A stretch of 63,676 nt of DNA, counting the filler, from Stramenopiles sp. TOSAG23-3 (lineage: Eukaryota), in NCBI GenBank assembly GCA_900128585.1. It is 5 parts of 5 records of this genome, joined end to end, with 100 filler letters (N's around TTAATTAATTAA, not from the genome) between each part and the next. Parts side by side here need not be neighbours in the genome. Positions count along the whole stretch, not along the records: positions 1 to 15,390 come from LT642524.1; positions 15,491 to 30,858 come from LT642525.1; 3 more parts are not named here. One strand, 5' to 3'. The notes beneath the pieces were generated by a model that was not told the DNA's origin, did no database searches, and was given only the letters and a program-made list of their open reading frames with translations. This document shows positions 10,842 through 21,181 of this stretch, piece by piece (positions within the stretch are counted from its first letter, which is position 1; each line of letters begins with the position of its first letter). Made by a program: the position numbers and the translations under genes.

Positions 10842-12926
10842 TTATATTCTAATCACTTTATATTTTTGGCAATCGCCCCCATCAAATTTGCAAACTTTAG
10901 AATTGCACGTTGCATCGCATGCTTTGTCCGTCCCAAAGCCGAGGTGCGGTTCTTCGGAATAACAGTACACACTACATGTCTTCTTGCAATATTTGTTATC
11001 ATTTGTGCACAAAGGATTCCCTTCCAAATAGATAATGGATCGTTTGCTTTCCAAAAGTGCACTTGGAAAAGCCGGAGTCATCTCAATTGAATTGTTGCGA
11101 GCATCGAAATACTCCAAACGTTTGAAGGTATTCAGGAAACTGGGCGTTCCTGTTAAACCGCACATTGCAACCCCTAATTCAGTCAATCTGTTCCCAAACG
11201 ATTTGAACGAAGTTGGAAGTTTGGATCCCTCAATTGTGTTTCCGCTCAAAAAAATAGCATACAAATTAGGAAAATTTTCCGCATTGAACGTGTCTGGGAC
11301 GACAACTGAATTGTTTGCCACAGATAATACAATCAGCCTTTTCATGCCGATAGGTCTTTTGCTCCCATCTGAGTTTTCTACGTGCTTCGGGAAGGACATG
11401 TTTACATTATTGTTTATTCGCAAAAACTCAATTGTATTATGTGTCCACAGTGACTTTTCATTGTAAGAAGTGATCTTGTTGTACCCCAGGTTAAGCTGGG
11501 ATACCGTAGGCCACAAGGATAAGTCAACATCAAACGAACTCACTTCGTTAAAACTGATGTCGAACCTATTTATGAGAGCTAGCGTGTTCATGCTCGCAAC
11601 CGGCACTGTACGCAGGGGGCCTTGTGTTATTCTCAGGAACCGCAAACGCTGAAACCTTTTGATCTCCGGGTCTAAGTGTTTCAGATTGTGTTGTACCATC
11701 TCTATTTTCCCGCAGTCACAAGTTGGGACGAAAAACTCTTTGCAGAAAGGCAGCCGAAGAACGCAACCATCCCACAACGTTTTCCCCGTTGCATTTTCGG
11801 CACTAAATATTTTCGAACACTCGATATCGCTTTCGTGTACCTGTGCGACCTGTATCAAGCAGGACACGGTAAGAAAAAGCCCGTAAATTATTGTAAACGC
11901 AAAGACGGCGCATTTAACAGGGTAGGGGAAGTATCTGTTCTGGATCTTCGAAACCTCCTCTTCTTTGGTTAAGCCAAATATGCTTGCTCGGTGCCGGGCG
12001 GTGTTCCGCGCAACGTCAGCCTGCACCGTGGTGTACAGCCTGTCCACGCGTCTGCGGATGGTTTCTATACCGTAACGTCTTAGACTCGGCAGCAACGCAA
12101 TGCTTGGCACCGCGGTAATCAATATACATTCCTCTATAGATAAGCTTACTTGGTACCCTAAGTACACCACTGCCATTGGAACTATCAAAAATGCCACCGA
12201 TACAGAAATGCCTGTTGCCAGCTGATTGTTTCGATCCTCGACAGTCATATTTTTCGTAGGGTCCACGACGTACTTGAAGAGTATCTGGGCTCTCATGATG
12301 GCATCGAAGACAAATATCGATGCAAACGCTGTGGAAGTCTCCACAGGTACTGTGCACACAAATATAAACCTCTGGTTGTTTAAGTTAATGAGCATTTCTA
12401 CCACTTCCACCGCGTATAAGCGGACTAGGTACAAGCTGCCGTCCAAGTCGAAGTAATGTTGATAAAAACCCCAGGCTCGCAACATGAAGCACTTCTTCCC
12501 ACGTTTTTGGGAAGCTGGCCGTTCGGTAGCTGAATAATTCTGGTCGATCCACTTTCTTGCTTCGGCCTTCCACCTCAGCAATAAAATAAATACACACAAA
12601 AACAGGAAGGAGAAGATTGCAAATATCCATACCGATACCGGTCGCTGGGGTAGTAAACCAAACGCTGGTGTACGCTTCATTTTTGTGAGGAAGTAAAAGA
12701 TAACAAAGTGAAAAATGCTCACTGCCAGAGTGAGAACTAAAACAAGAAAGTATTGAGGAGACAGGACTTTTTTGTACAGTACCTTGTCGATCTCTGCCCG
12801 CTTTGCTTCTAACATGCGTGCCGAAGTTATCCGCTGCATGGTCTTGTTCTGTTTTTTGCTTACCTCTGGTTTTACCGCAACTTCGGGAATCTCCACGCCA
12901 ACATCACTCGACGCTGTGCCGTCCAT
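10842..12926 (-). CDS. Multi-pass (~7 TM) membrane protein with C-terminal Cys-cap, leucine-rich repeats and an LNR (Notch-type) domain
   Basis: Hydrophobic helices in the N-terminal half; LWDGCVLRLPFCKEFFVPTCDC cap; LRRs (RFDISFNEV, QLNLGYNKI, LEYFDARNNSI, IYLEGNPLC); DKACDATCNSKVCKFDGGDC fits LNR. Confidence 0.85.
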   Translation of the reverse strand: MDGTASSDVGVEIPEVAVKPEVSKKQNKTMQRITSARMLEAKRAEIDKVLYKKVLSPQYFLVLVLTLAVSIFHFVIFYFLTKMKRTPAFGLLPQRPVSVWIFAIFSFLFLCVFILLLRWKAEARKWIDQNYSATERPASQKRGKKCFMLRAWGFYQHYFDLDGSLYLVRLYAVEVVEMLINLNNQRFIFVCTVPVETSTAFASIFVFDAIMRAQILFKYVVDPTKNMTVEDRNNQLATGISVSVAFLIVPMAVVYLGYQVSLSIEECILITAVPSIALLPSLRRYGIETIRRRVDRLYTTVQADVARNTARHRASIFGLTKEEEVSKIQNRYFPYPVKCAVFAFTIIYGLFLTVSCLIQVAQVHESDIECSKIFSAENATGKTLWDGCVLRLPFCKEFFVPTCDCGKIEMVQHNLKHLDPEIKRFQRLRFLRITQGPLRTVPVASMNTLALINRFDISFNEVSSFDVDLSLWPTVSQLNLGYNKITSYNEKSLWTHNTIEFLRINNNVNMSFPKHVENSDGSKRPIGMKRLIVLSVANNSVVVPDTFNAENFPNLYAIFLSGNTIEGSKLPTSFKSFGNRLTELGVAMCGLTGTPSFLNTFKRLEYFDARNNSIEMTPAFPSALLESKRSIIYLEGNPLCTNDNKYCKKTCSVYCYSEEPHLGFGTDKACDATCNSKVCKFDGGDCQKYKVIRI

Positions 12927-13785
12927 GTCTGTCTGCCGGAAGTATTTTCTTTTCCCCGTTTCGTTCGGTTCAACAACTTTCCGTTTTCAGGCAACTTTTT
13001 TTTGTGCAAGTAACCCCTGCGTTTCGTTATAATGTTGCACTGTGTGGGCTAATCCTTCCCCCGACGCGAATTTTCAAAATCAGTCAAAGTTTCTTAAATA
13101 ATAAAAGATTTTAGAAGAAGAGAAAGAAGACTGCTTGCTCTCCACCTCCTCGTCTCCTATAATAATTAAATTAACATATAAATACCATAGAGAAGAAGGA
13201 AGAAATCCAATCCTCCTCTTGATTTTTGTTGGTTATTAGTTTCTTCTTTTTTCTTTGTTTTCCCTATATTATTCAGTGTATTATTAAACCCCTTGTACTA
13301 CTTGTATTTTATTGTCTAATATATACTATTCGTTCGTAGTCCTATATAATATATAATAAAATTACTTTTTTTCCCTCCATCCTCCGTCCGGTACTCTTCT
13401 TCTTTCTTCGTAAAACAACAGGTCAAACTATTATTACATTCCTCCATATAGAAATAGAACTATATTAAATTATAATAGGAATATGATAGGAGGAGGAGTA
13501 GGAAAAAGTTATTATAAATACGTCTTCTAAAATAACACAACAGGAACGAACAGCAGTAGTAATATTTTATATCAAAAAGTATTCTCCTCGTCCAAGTATA
13601 AAGAATACATTTTTGATGAAGAAAAGAAATAACCATTATGATTCTTCGCCTAGTGCTATCTCGTTTTTCTTCTCTATCATTTTTAGTTCACAAATCACCC
13701 TGTTGAACGGAATCAATTTTGTGGTTGTTTGCTACAAGGTACTCCTTCAAACAGTATAGTTTACAGCCGACTTAACTCTGGCAGT

Positions 13786-14679
13786 ATGACAACCATGGAG
13801 GTACGACTCGAGCGGGTGGATAGAATATATCGCACTGGCGAAAAGGTTCGTGGCGTAGTTGTAATCTCCCGTTCTGGGAGCATGAGCCACAGTGGAATTT
13901 CCATGAAAGTAGAAGGCGTCATCAAGCTCCAGTTGAGTGCGCGTAGTGTAGGACTTTTTGAAGCGTTTTATTCGTCCATCAAGCCGATGGTGCTTCTGGA
14001 CTACGAAATCGACGTGGCGAAAGCTGGAAAAGTGCCGGACGGAGTGACTGAGTTTCCGTTCGAGTTTGACATGAAGCCGATACGGGGACAGAAACGGCTG
14101 TACGAGACCTACCATGGTGTGTACGTTAATTGTACATACACCATATCGTGCGAGTGCGTCCGAGGCATGTTGAAGAACAACCTGACCGCTGACTTGGAGT
14201 TTATTGTCGAGTGCCCAGACCCGGAAGAGAACCCGCCCGAGCCGGTCCCGTTTGATATTACGCCGGGCACGCTAGAAAATGTAAAGCGCTCGTCCTTAAA
14301 GAACATACCTCATTTTCGTATTGTTGGGAAGTTGCATAGAACGAACTGTCAGGTCCACATCCCATTTACTGGCCAGATCGTGATCGAGTCCTCCGCCGCA
14401 CCCATCAAGAGCATTGAGCTGCAGCTGGTCAGAGTGGAGACCGTTGCGTATTCGGAAGGAACCGCGAGGGAGGCCACCGAAATCCAAAACATTCAACTGG
14501 CAGATGGGGACATATGCAGGGATCTGACGATTCCAATCTACATGGTATTTCCCCGGTTGTTCACATGCCCAACGGTCGATACGTTACACTTTAAGGTTGA
14601 ATTTGAAGTTAATTTGGTTGTATTGTTTAGTGACGGGTACATGGTGACCGAGAACTTTCCACTCAGCCTTTATCGTTGA
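13786..14679 (+). CDS. VPS26C: VPS26C / DSCR3 (retriever complex, arrestin fold)
   Basis: LQLSARSVGLFEAFYSSIKP, LYETYHGVYVN, IKSIELQLVRVET, EATEIQNIQLADGD, PRLFTCPT, FKVEFEVN, TENFPL. Confidence 0.95.
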   Translation: MTTMEVRLERVDRIYRTGEKVRGVVVISRSGSMSHSGISMKVEGVIKLQLSARSVGLFEAFYSSIKPMVLLDYEIDVAKAGKVPDGVTEFPFEFDMKPIRGQKRLYETYHGVYVNCTYTISCECVRGMLKNNLTADLEFIVECPDPEENPPEPVPFDITPGTLENVKRSSLKNIPHFRIVGKLHRTNCQVHIPFTGQIVIESSAAPIKSIELQLVRVETVAYSEGTAREATEIQNIQLADGDICRDLTIPIYMVFPRLFTCPTVDTLHFKVEFEVNLVVLFSDGYMVTENFPLSLYR

Positions 14680-15311
14680 TAAGTTCATGCAAGATTATAC
14701 TTTTTTATTACAAATTCTTTATAACACCAAATTTACAAGACAGACAACGAGCACCTAAACAACAAATAAGCCGCTGCTTGGAAGATGGTACAAGGATTGA
14801 TTTATCTCNNNNNNNNNNNNNNNNNNNNNNNNNNNNNNNNNNNNNNNNNNNNNACAGAATCAAGTTAGGATTAGGGTACGACGAAGCTAAATTTAATTAC
14901 TTAAATAACAGCCAATTTTCTTGTTTTTATAACAAACATCAGTAGTAACACTCACATTTTATTAAAATATTATCTTTACGAAATACGGAGACGGACGACG
15001 ACGGACCACCACACACCATGCACAGAATACAAGAAGTATTACATGTTATAGGACTACTAAATAAATAGATGAATAGTACAGACTACGGTACAGGTACATA
15101 GCCTAGTACTGTAAATACGAATCGAATCGAATATTAAATACCAAATGTTAATTATTATTATTTTTTTAAAGATATTATATTAGACGTAATATAAAATAAT
15201 CTACCTACTTACTACGCCCGCGCCGGAAGAACGAAGAAGAATGAAAAAAAGAAGAAGAAGAATAATTTAATATTTTATATCTAAAAATAATACTGTACCA
15301 CCACACCACCA

Positions 15312-15390
15312 AAAGAAGAAGAAAGAAACAACAAATTATAGCTAATAAATACACGTAGTCGTCTAATAAATAAATAATACAATTTACATG
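15312..15390. repeat. 79-bp inverted repeat at contig 1 end (partner 1-79)
   Basis: Exact reverse complement of 1-79. Confidence 0.95.
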
Positions 15391-15490
15391 NNNNNNNNNN
15401 NNNNNNNNNNNNNNNNNNNNNNNNNNNNNNNNNNTTAATTAATTAANNNNNNNNNNNNNNNNNNNNNNNNNNNNNNNNNNNNNNNNNNNN
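15391..15490. other. Artificial contig spacer N44-TTAATTAATTAA-N44 (also 30859-30958, 46321-46420, 61723-61822)
   Basis: Identical 100-nt structure four times, with stop codons in all six frames. Separate intra-scaffold N gaps at 14809-14853 and 32479-32516. Confidence 0.98.
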
Positions 15491-15569
15491 AACAAAGAAA
15501 CAAAGAAACAAAGAAACAAAGAAACAAAGAAACAAAGAAACAAAGAAACAAAGAAACAAAGAAACAAAG
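15491..15569 (+). repeat. (AAAGAAAC)n octamer repeat at contig start, exactly 79 nt
   Basis: Perfect 8-mer repeat; the same unit recurs at ~46493-46590. Confidence 0.95.
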
Positions 15570-16226
15570 TGAAGAGAGATGATAGGACTATAGATGACAC
15601 TACAACTCTACACACAATAGAATAATAAATAAAACAAATTCCGGATTATTATAAATTGATTTTTTTTTACCTATTTATTATACATATCCTATTCCTATCT
15701 TAAGTATAAGTTCAATTATCTTTTTTTCTTCTCATCTTGCAATATAAGAAGAAGGAGGAGAAAGGGAATTGGCTTTTAATTAATACACAATCTCTACACT
15801 ACCGGCATCTAAAATAATCATCATCATCATTTTTTAGATTAAATTTTTTTATTATTATTATTAATTATTTAAAATAATAAAATTATAAGAAGAAATTTTA
15901 CTACACATTTTTTTCTTTTTTTCCTTCTTCCAATAATTTTAGTATTTTAAGAATAAGAGTAACAACAGTTAAACGCATTTTTATAGAAGGCAACGAAAGT
16001 TCTGAGGTGGGTTTCTTGACAATTCACATCATTTAACGTTTGGTATTCTTCCTTTGTTGTTTGTAGGTAAAGACATTTCGAAGCGCCAAGTTAGTACACG
16101 TTTGGTGTTGAAGGAGAGTGCAGAGTCTGGGCCTTTCTTTCTTCTCCTCCTCCCCCCCCCCCCCCCTTGCGTTTCCGTTGGCGATCTCGGCGCCGTTGTG
16201 TGTTCTCGTTCTAAGTGTTGGTACCA

Positions 16227-19200
16227 ATGGCTGGCTTGGCCGCGCACTCTACCTCCACGAGTAACGAGTTCGATTTCTTGAGCGGAACCTTTGAAACCCC
16301 GTCGGCGTCCATCTTCAAAAAGAGAGAACAATGTTTTGTCCGTTTGGACGACAAGGGGGTGAACGTTTATAAGAAAGAGGGCGACAAAAAGCCCAAGAAG
16401 TCTTTTGTTTTCGACGAGGTGGAAAAATTAACCGTAGAGAAGCATACTGAGAAAGGGGCGTTCTCGTTCGTCATTTCGGACCAGAAGAAGGAAGAGATTG
16501 TCATATTCACCAAAACGGAGCAGGAAATGGCAAAGTTTGCCGAAGGTATTGTAAATAATAAACTGAGCTTCGACGTTACGAAGCGGAAAAAGTCACTCAT
16601 GAAAGTCACCGAGGAAGGGAAACGGTTCGACAAGATTTGGGATAATGATAGTGACGAGGAGGACGGCGAGGGCAACGTGAAGACGCTTCAATCGGCGGGG
16701 AGAAAATCGATTGCAATAAACGATTTGCCGCCCGAAAACGAGGGGTGGGTGATGAAGCAGGGCGGCCTGATCAAGAACTGGAAGAATCGGTACTTCGTGC
16801 TGGACTGCTTCCAAATGAAGTACTACAAGAGCGAGAACATCACGAACGAAAAGCCGAAGGGGGAAATCAGCATCGACGAAAAGTGCTCGGTCAAGCCGAT
16901 GAAGCAGGGCAAAAAGTCGAAAAAAAAGGGGGCGTTCGGGTTTGAACTGTATACGCCAGGGCGGACGTACCAACTCATGTGCCAGTCGCAAGAGGAGCTG
17001 GCGACCTGGATGTTCAAGATAAAGCTGACCATCAGCATGAAAACGAAAATGCAGAAGAAGAGCGCCAACTTGCAAGCAAAGCAGAGCACCCGGAACATGA
17101 AAGAGTTGGCGGCCATCAAAAACGAGGCGGAGGGGCACACGGACGACATGGCGAAACGAAACACGGACGTCGAGGACTTGGACGGGACGCAAAAGATCCT
17201 TGTGAACAGGATCGAACAGGCGAAATTGTGCCCCTGGAACCGGAGGGCCAAGTCCAACATTTACTTCAACCCCAAATTTACGAACGCTAGGGACGGGTGG
17301 GTTCAGGCCGAACTATCCTTCAAACTTGAAAATTTGGCCGTGATCGCAGAGAAAGACCGCGGGAAAGCGAGCAAGGATGCGAAGGGGAAAGTGGTCAACT
17401 CGGTGTACTTGGTGTTGTCGGAATCCCCGTTTTTCCCCATGCGGGTGAACCGCGAGCACCTTTCGGCAGTAGAGCAGCGCCAGACGCTCAAGTACACCCC
17501 AATTTTTAGAACTGACGTGGTGCACGACAGTCGCAACCCGGAGTTCCTCTTTGCTGCCCTGATGGACTTGCCGGAGGGGGGGGACCGGGCCATTCGCGTA
17601 GACGTGTACGTAACGGTTGGAAAGAACAACGACGAGAAGCAGTTCGGGACTGCGAAGTTTACCATCAGCGACGTCCTGAGGGAGGTCGTCTCGCTTCCCG
17701 TCCGACTCGAGAGCAAGTTTTCCGAGAACACGCTCATGCACGTGCGGTACGAGTCCGGGCACAACAGCTTTGACCCGAAAATCTCCGAGTGCTGGGGCCT
17801 GATGGCAAGCACCCAAATCTATCGAAATCCCCAGTTTCGGAACCGGGTCCTGGTGCGCGAGGAGTGCTGGGAGACTGCCACCACGTTCCAGGTGCCCCTG
17901 TTGTACATTAAGCTTCGGCTTGCCGAACTGGTCGCCGAGATGGTGAGTGCCAAAAAGGTGGCCTCGAGAAAACTGCACAAGGCGGCGAGCAGAAAGTCGC
18001 AGCTAGTTAACGAACTGAAGGCAATAGAGGCGAAGCTGAGCGACGCGGGGGTCGCCGGTGCCACCAAGTCGCAACTGAAGAAAAACAAGTTAGAGCTGGA
18101 GAAAAGGTCGGATAACATAGTAACGACTGGGGACCCGCGGGATTTGAAGTACTTTCAGCTGATGTTCAAGGAGGTGAAGACGTACTGCCAGTGCGTCGAC
18201 CTCTTGAATCCGTTGTACAAAAGCATTCCGAAAAATGCGTACAAAAATAAAAAGATCAGCTTCACTTTCAAGCCTAGCAAGGACAAGAAGAAGAAGTCCA
18301 TGCAGATGCTGCCCACAAACCTGCATGCCCAGATCATATTCGTTGGCAAGCCGGAGAAAGACGTGGTCGGGGGGGTAAACAAATTAGAAAAGCGGAGCCG
18401 CGGAAGCGTGTACCTCGATTACACCGATGAACCAGAAGATACGGGTCTCATGAACACCCAAGTGGACGAGGGCGAGGGCGTGGGCGAAAACTGCTTCTTT
18501 GGGTTCCCGACTCAGTCCGACGGGATCGGCAGCACTGCGTACGAGATCATTACGTTCGGGGCTGCCGCGGCCCACTGCCAGAGCTTCAAGAAAGGCGGGC
18601 TAGTGAGTTGGAAAAAGAAGCTGCTGGAGCTGCGGGGGAAAGGCGCCGGCGGGCTTGGGTCCAAACTGGACGCAAACTCGCCCTCGGCCGAGAACAATCT
18701 AGTCGGAGACGTGAAGTGGGTGTACCAAGGCGACGGGGACGTGATCCATGGGCCGTTCGACAACAACCAAATGCGCATGTGGTACCAAGCCGAATATTTC
18801 GCCGCGGACCTGATGATGGCCCTCGACGGCGATGGCGAAGGGGCGAAAACGTTCAAGCCGCTCGGGACTTACTTCGAGCCAGGCAAAGAATTTGTGTACT
18901 TTGCATCCTCAAAACTGGCAAAGTCCCGCTCGGTAAGGACGTACTCGACCGTCCTTGACGGGGACGACATGGCCGCCTTGGTGGGGAAGATGAGCGATGA
19001 CGAGGAGGAGGACGAGGAGGAGGACGAGAACATCGAGGACATGACCGATTTTGAAAAGCAGCTGAAGGCCACGCAAGTGATGATCGCAATCCAGCGCCGC
19101 GAAGACTTTTGCATTTGCCAGTCGCTCAGTGCCCTGGTGTTCTCCCTGAGCATCAAGCTGGAGCTAGTCGCGAGGGCAAAGGACCCTGGCTCGTTCTTCC

Positions 19201-20456
19201 GGCAATTGGAGAAGGTTGGCTACCTGTTTTCCTGCGAAAGCCTGGTGTCGACGCAGGGGCCCGAGCAAGGCATGCTTGAAGATTATTTTGAAGCAATGAA
19301 GGCGTTGAACCAATTCCAATTTCGGCTGCAGAAAATAGACATGGGCTCCAGCGTGGAAGCCTCGTGGCAAACCCGCGAGGCGCTGACGACGTTGCGATTG
19401 AAGATGGGGGCGCTGGAGGAGACCTCGGAGGAGTACAAAGAGAAGGCCGGGATCGCCCAGCAGCTCGAAGACGCCCTGAATGCAGACTCCAGCGACACTA
19501 TAGAGAAAGTGTGGTGCTTCTTGGACAACAATGCAACGGAGCAGGGGCCGTTCAGCACGTTCGAAATGCGGGAGTGGTACGCCGAGTACCCAGATTTAAT
19601 CCACGACGAGGTCAAAGTCCGTCACGTAGCAGAGGCCCCTGGCGAGTACTTGAACATCAAGGAACGGTTCCCGAACGGAAACCCATTCCCAGAGTCCAGT
19701 ATGGCCGCGGTCCGGGTGGGCAAAGGCATACACCAAGTCATGATGGAGCGAACGTCGGGGAACAAGATCATCGTTACGTTGACCGTGTTGGACGAGTTGT
19801 TTGCCATGCTCCCGGTCTCGTTGCAGAACGGCGGGCTGGTCAGCGTCTGCCCCGTCTTGTTCCAGCAAGGGATAAACGAATTCCAAAGCATTGCGAACCA
19901 GGTCGGAGGCCAAAATGTCAAGTTTCAAAACGTTGTGAACAAGCACGCGTTCCAGACGCTAAAGGTGTACCAGTCCAGGGTTGAGCGGGAGCACGATTAC
20001 ATTGGGTATGATGCAGATCAAATCAAGTTCCACAACGAGAAGCTGGCAGTGTTGAAGGAACAAGTCGACAAGGAGGATCCGCGAAGGAAGAACGTCGCCA
20101 TACTTGCCGCCGCCTCCTGCTGCGTCCGTATGCTGAAAGGGGGTCGAGGCACCAACTGCAAATCTGCGAAAGATCGCACGTCCATGTCGGTCACCCTGGA
20201 GCAGTCAAGGCTGATATATTACAACCACATCCATCCCCACGTTCCAGTCCGACAGAACAAGACCACGAGAGACTTGAGCGAAGAGGACCGCTGCGTCTTG
20301 TGGATGGCGAACGAGCAGCGCCGACAGGGGATCCGAATCCAGAACGCGAAGAAAAATCAGGGGAAGATGAAGTTCGCATTCAATGGTTTTCAGCGCGGCC
20401 AGCTGCCAAAGATGTATCGACCCCCTAGAGAGTGCATTGGGAAGACGGAAACGTAG
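16227..20456 (+). CDS. Type I inositol-3,4-bisphosphate 4-phosphatase (INPP4-like) with PH, PH, C2 and two GYF domains
   Basis: Catalytic CKSAKDRTSMSVTLEQ (~20157); INPP4 motifs PTNLHAQ, FGAAAAHCQSFKKGGL, PVLFQQGINE; PH EGWVMKQGGLIKNWKNRYFVL; C2 FRTDVVHDSRNPEF; GYF-like WVYQ...HGPFDNNQMRMWY and WCFLD...QGPFSTFEMREWY. Confidence 0.92.
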   Translation: MAGLAAHSTSTSNEFDFLSGTFETPSASIFKKREQCFVRLDDKGVNVYKKEGDKKPKKSFVFDEVEKLTVEKHTEKGAFSFVISDQKKEEIVIFTKTEQEMAKFAEGIVNNKLSFDVTKRKKSLMKVTEEGKRFDKIWDNDSDEEDGEGNVKTLQSAGRKSIAINDLPPENEGWVMKQGGLIKNWKNRYFVLDCFQMKYYKSENITNEKPKGEISIDEKCSVKPMKQGKKSKKKGAFGFELYTPGRTYQLMCQSQEELATWMFKIKLTISMKTKMQKKSANLQAKQSTRNMKELAAIKNEAEGHTDDMAKRNTDVEDLDGTQKILVNRIEQAKLCPWNRRAKSNIYFNPKFTNARDGWVQAELSFKLENLAVIAEKDRGKASKDAKGKVVNSVYLVLSESPFFPMRVNREHLSAVEQRQTLKYTPIFRTDVVHDSRNPEFLFAALMDLPEGGDRAIRVDVYVTVGKNNDEKQFGTAKFTISDVLREVVSLPVRLESKFSENTLMHVRYESGHNSFDPKISECWGLMASTQIYRNPQFRNRVLVREECWETATTFQVPLLYIKLRLAELVAEMVSAKKVASRKLHKAASRKSQLVNELKAIEAKLSDAGVAGATKSQLKKNKLELEKRSDNIVTTGDPRDLKYFQLMFKEVKTYCQCVDLLNPLYKSIPKNAYKNKKISFTFKPSKDKKKKSMQMLPTNLHAQIIFVGKPEKDVVGGVNKLEKRSRGSVYLDYTDEPEDTGLMNTQVDEGEGVGENCFFGFPTQSDGIGSTAYEIITFGAAAAHCQSFKKGGLVSWKKKLLELRGKGAGGLGSKLDANSPSAENNLVGDVKWVYQGDGDVIHGPFDNNQMRMWYQAEYFAADLMMALDGDGEGAKTFKPLGTYFEPGKEFVYFASSKLAKSRSVRTYSTVLDGDDMAALVGKMSDDEEEDEEEDENIEDMTDFEKQLKATQVMIAIQRREDFCICQSLSALVFSLSIKLELVARAKDPGSFFRQLEKVGYLFSCESLVSTQGPEQGMLEDYFEAMKALNQFQFRLQKIDMGSSVEASWQTREALTTLRLKMGALEETSEEYKEKAGIAQQLEDALNADSSDTIEKVWCFLDNNATEQGPFSTFEMREWYAEYPDLIHDEVKVRHVAEAPGEYLNIKERFPNGNPFPESSMAAVRVGKGIHQVMMERTSGNKIIVTLTVLDELFAMLPVSLQNGGLVSVCPVLFQQGINEFQSIANQVGGQNVKFQNVVNKHAFQTLKVYQSRVEREHDYIGYDADQIKFHNEKLAVLKEQVDKEDPRRKNVAILAAASCCVRMLKGGRGTNCKSAKDRTSMSVTLEQSRLIYYNHIHPHVPVRQNKTTRDLSEEDRCVLWMANEQRRQGIRIQNAKKNQGKMKFAFNGFQRGQLPKMYRPPRECIGKTET

Positions 20457-21181
20457 ATTGGTACCGTTGGGTTAATAAGTAAAAGAATAAGAGTATATAT
20501 TTTAGAGGGAGAAGGAGAATAGTTTTTCATCGTTTTTTCACTTGTGTTCCTTATTTTCTACGAGTAAGCCAAAATAACAAAACCCCTCCGTTATTATCAC
20601 GCGATCGATCTCTTATTGTGTCCTATGCTATTCCTATGTTCCATTATATTAATACCTCTCTATTCTCTATACTCTTTTCCCACCTCTCTCACCACCACCC
20701 TTCTCTTCTTCATCAGCTCATCCACGCCTCTTCTTCTTCATCACTCAGCACTCAGCTCAAGCACTCAGCTCTCTCGCTCCACGCTTCTCTTCTTCTTCTT
20801 CTTTTGTTGTTGTTCTTCTTCTTGTTTTGGTGGTGTCTCTCTTTCTTCTTCGTTATTTTTATATAAGAAGAAGAGAGTATTATTGTTGCACATCCATCAT
20901 CATGCGATGATATTTAATAATTACTTACAACTAGATAGTAAATAGTAGGTAGAAGTAAAGTACTATTTTTTTTAACGGCGACTAAAAAACTTTGATTTTG
21001 ATATACCAATTTATATGAATCCATAGATTATATACAATAAGACAATAAATCAATTTTCAATGCCAGGCCAGGAAAAGGTTTAATTTCGATTTGAATACAG
21101 AATATAGATAGCAGACGCTCCGTCGTATTGTGCAACACTTTTTATCTTTTGGTCCAAACCTATATAGTATATTTCGTAATA

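Noticed and set aside
1-15390. Polinton/Maverick, virophage or linear plasmid suggested by 15-kb size plus terminal inverted repeats
   Set aside because: No pPolB, integrase, packaging ATPase or capsid; the protease is papain-type, not adenain; the repeat length matches the 79-nt assembly signature.
15435-15446. Palindromic TTAATTAATTAA repeated four times at ~15.4-kb spacing
   Set aside because: Always centred in N44 flanks: an artificial six-frame-stop linker. The spacing only reflects similar contig lengths.
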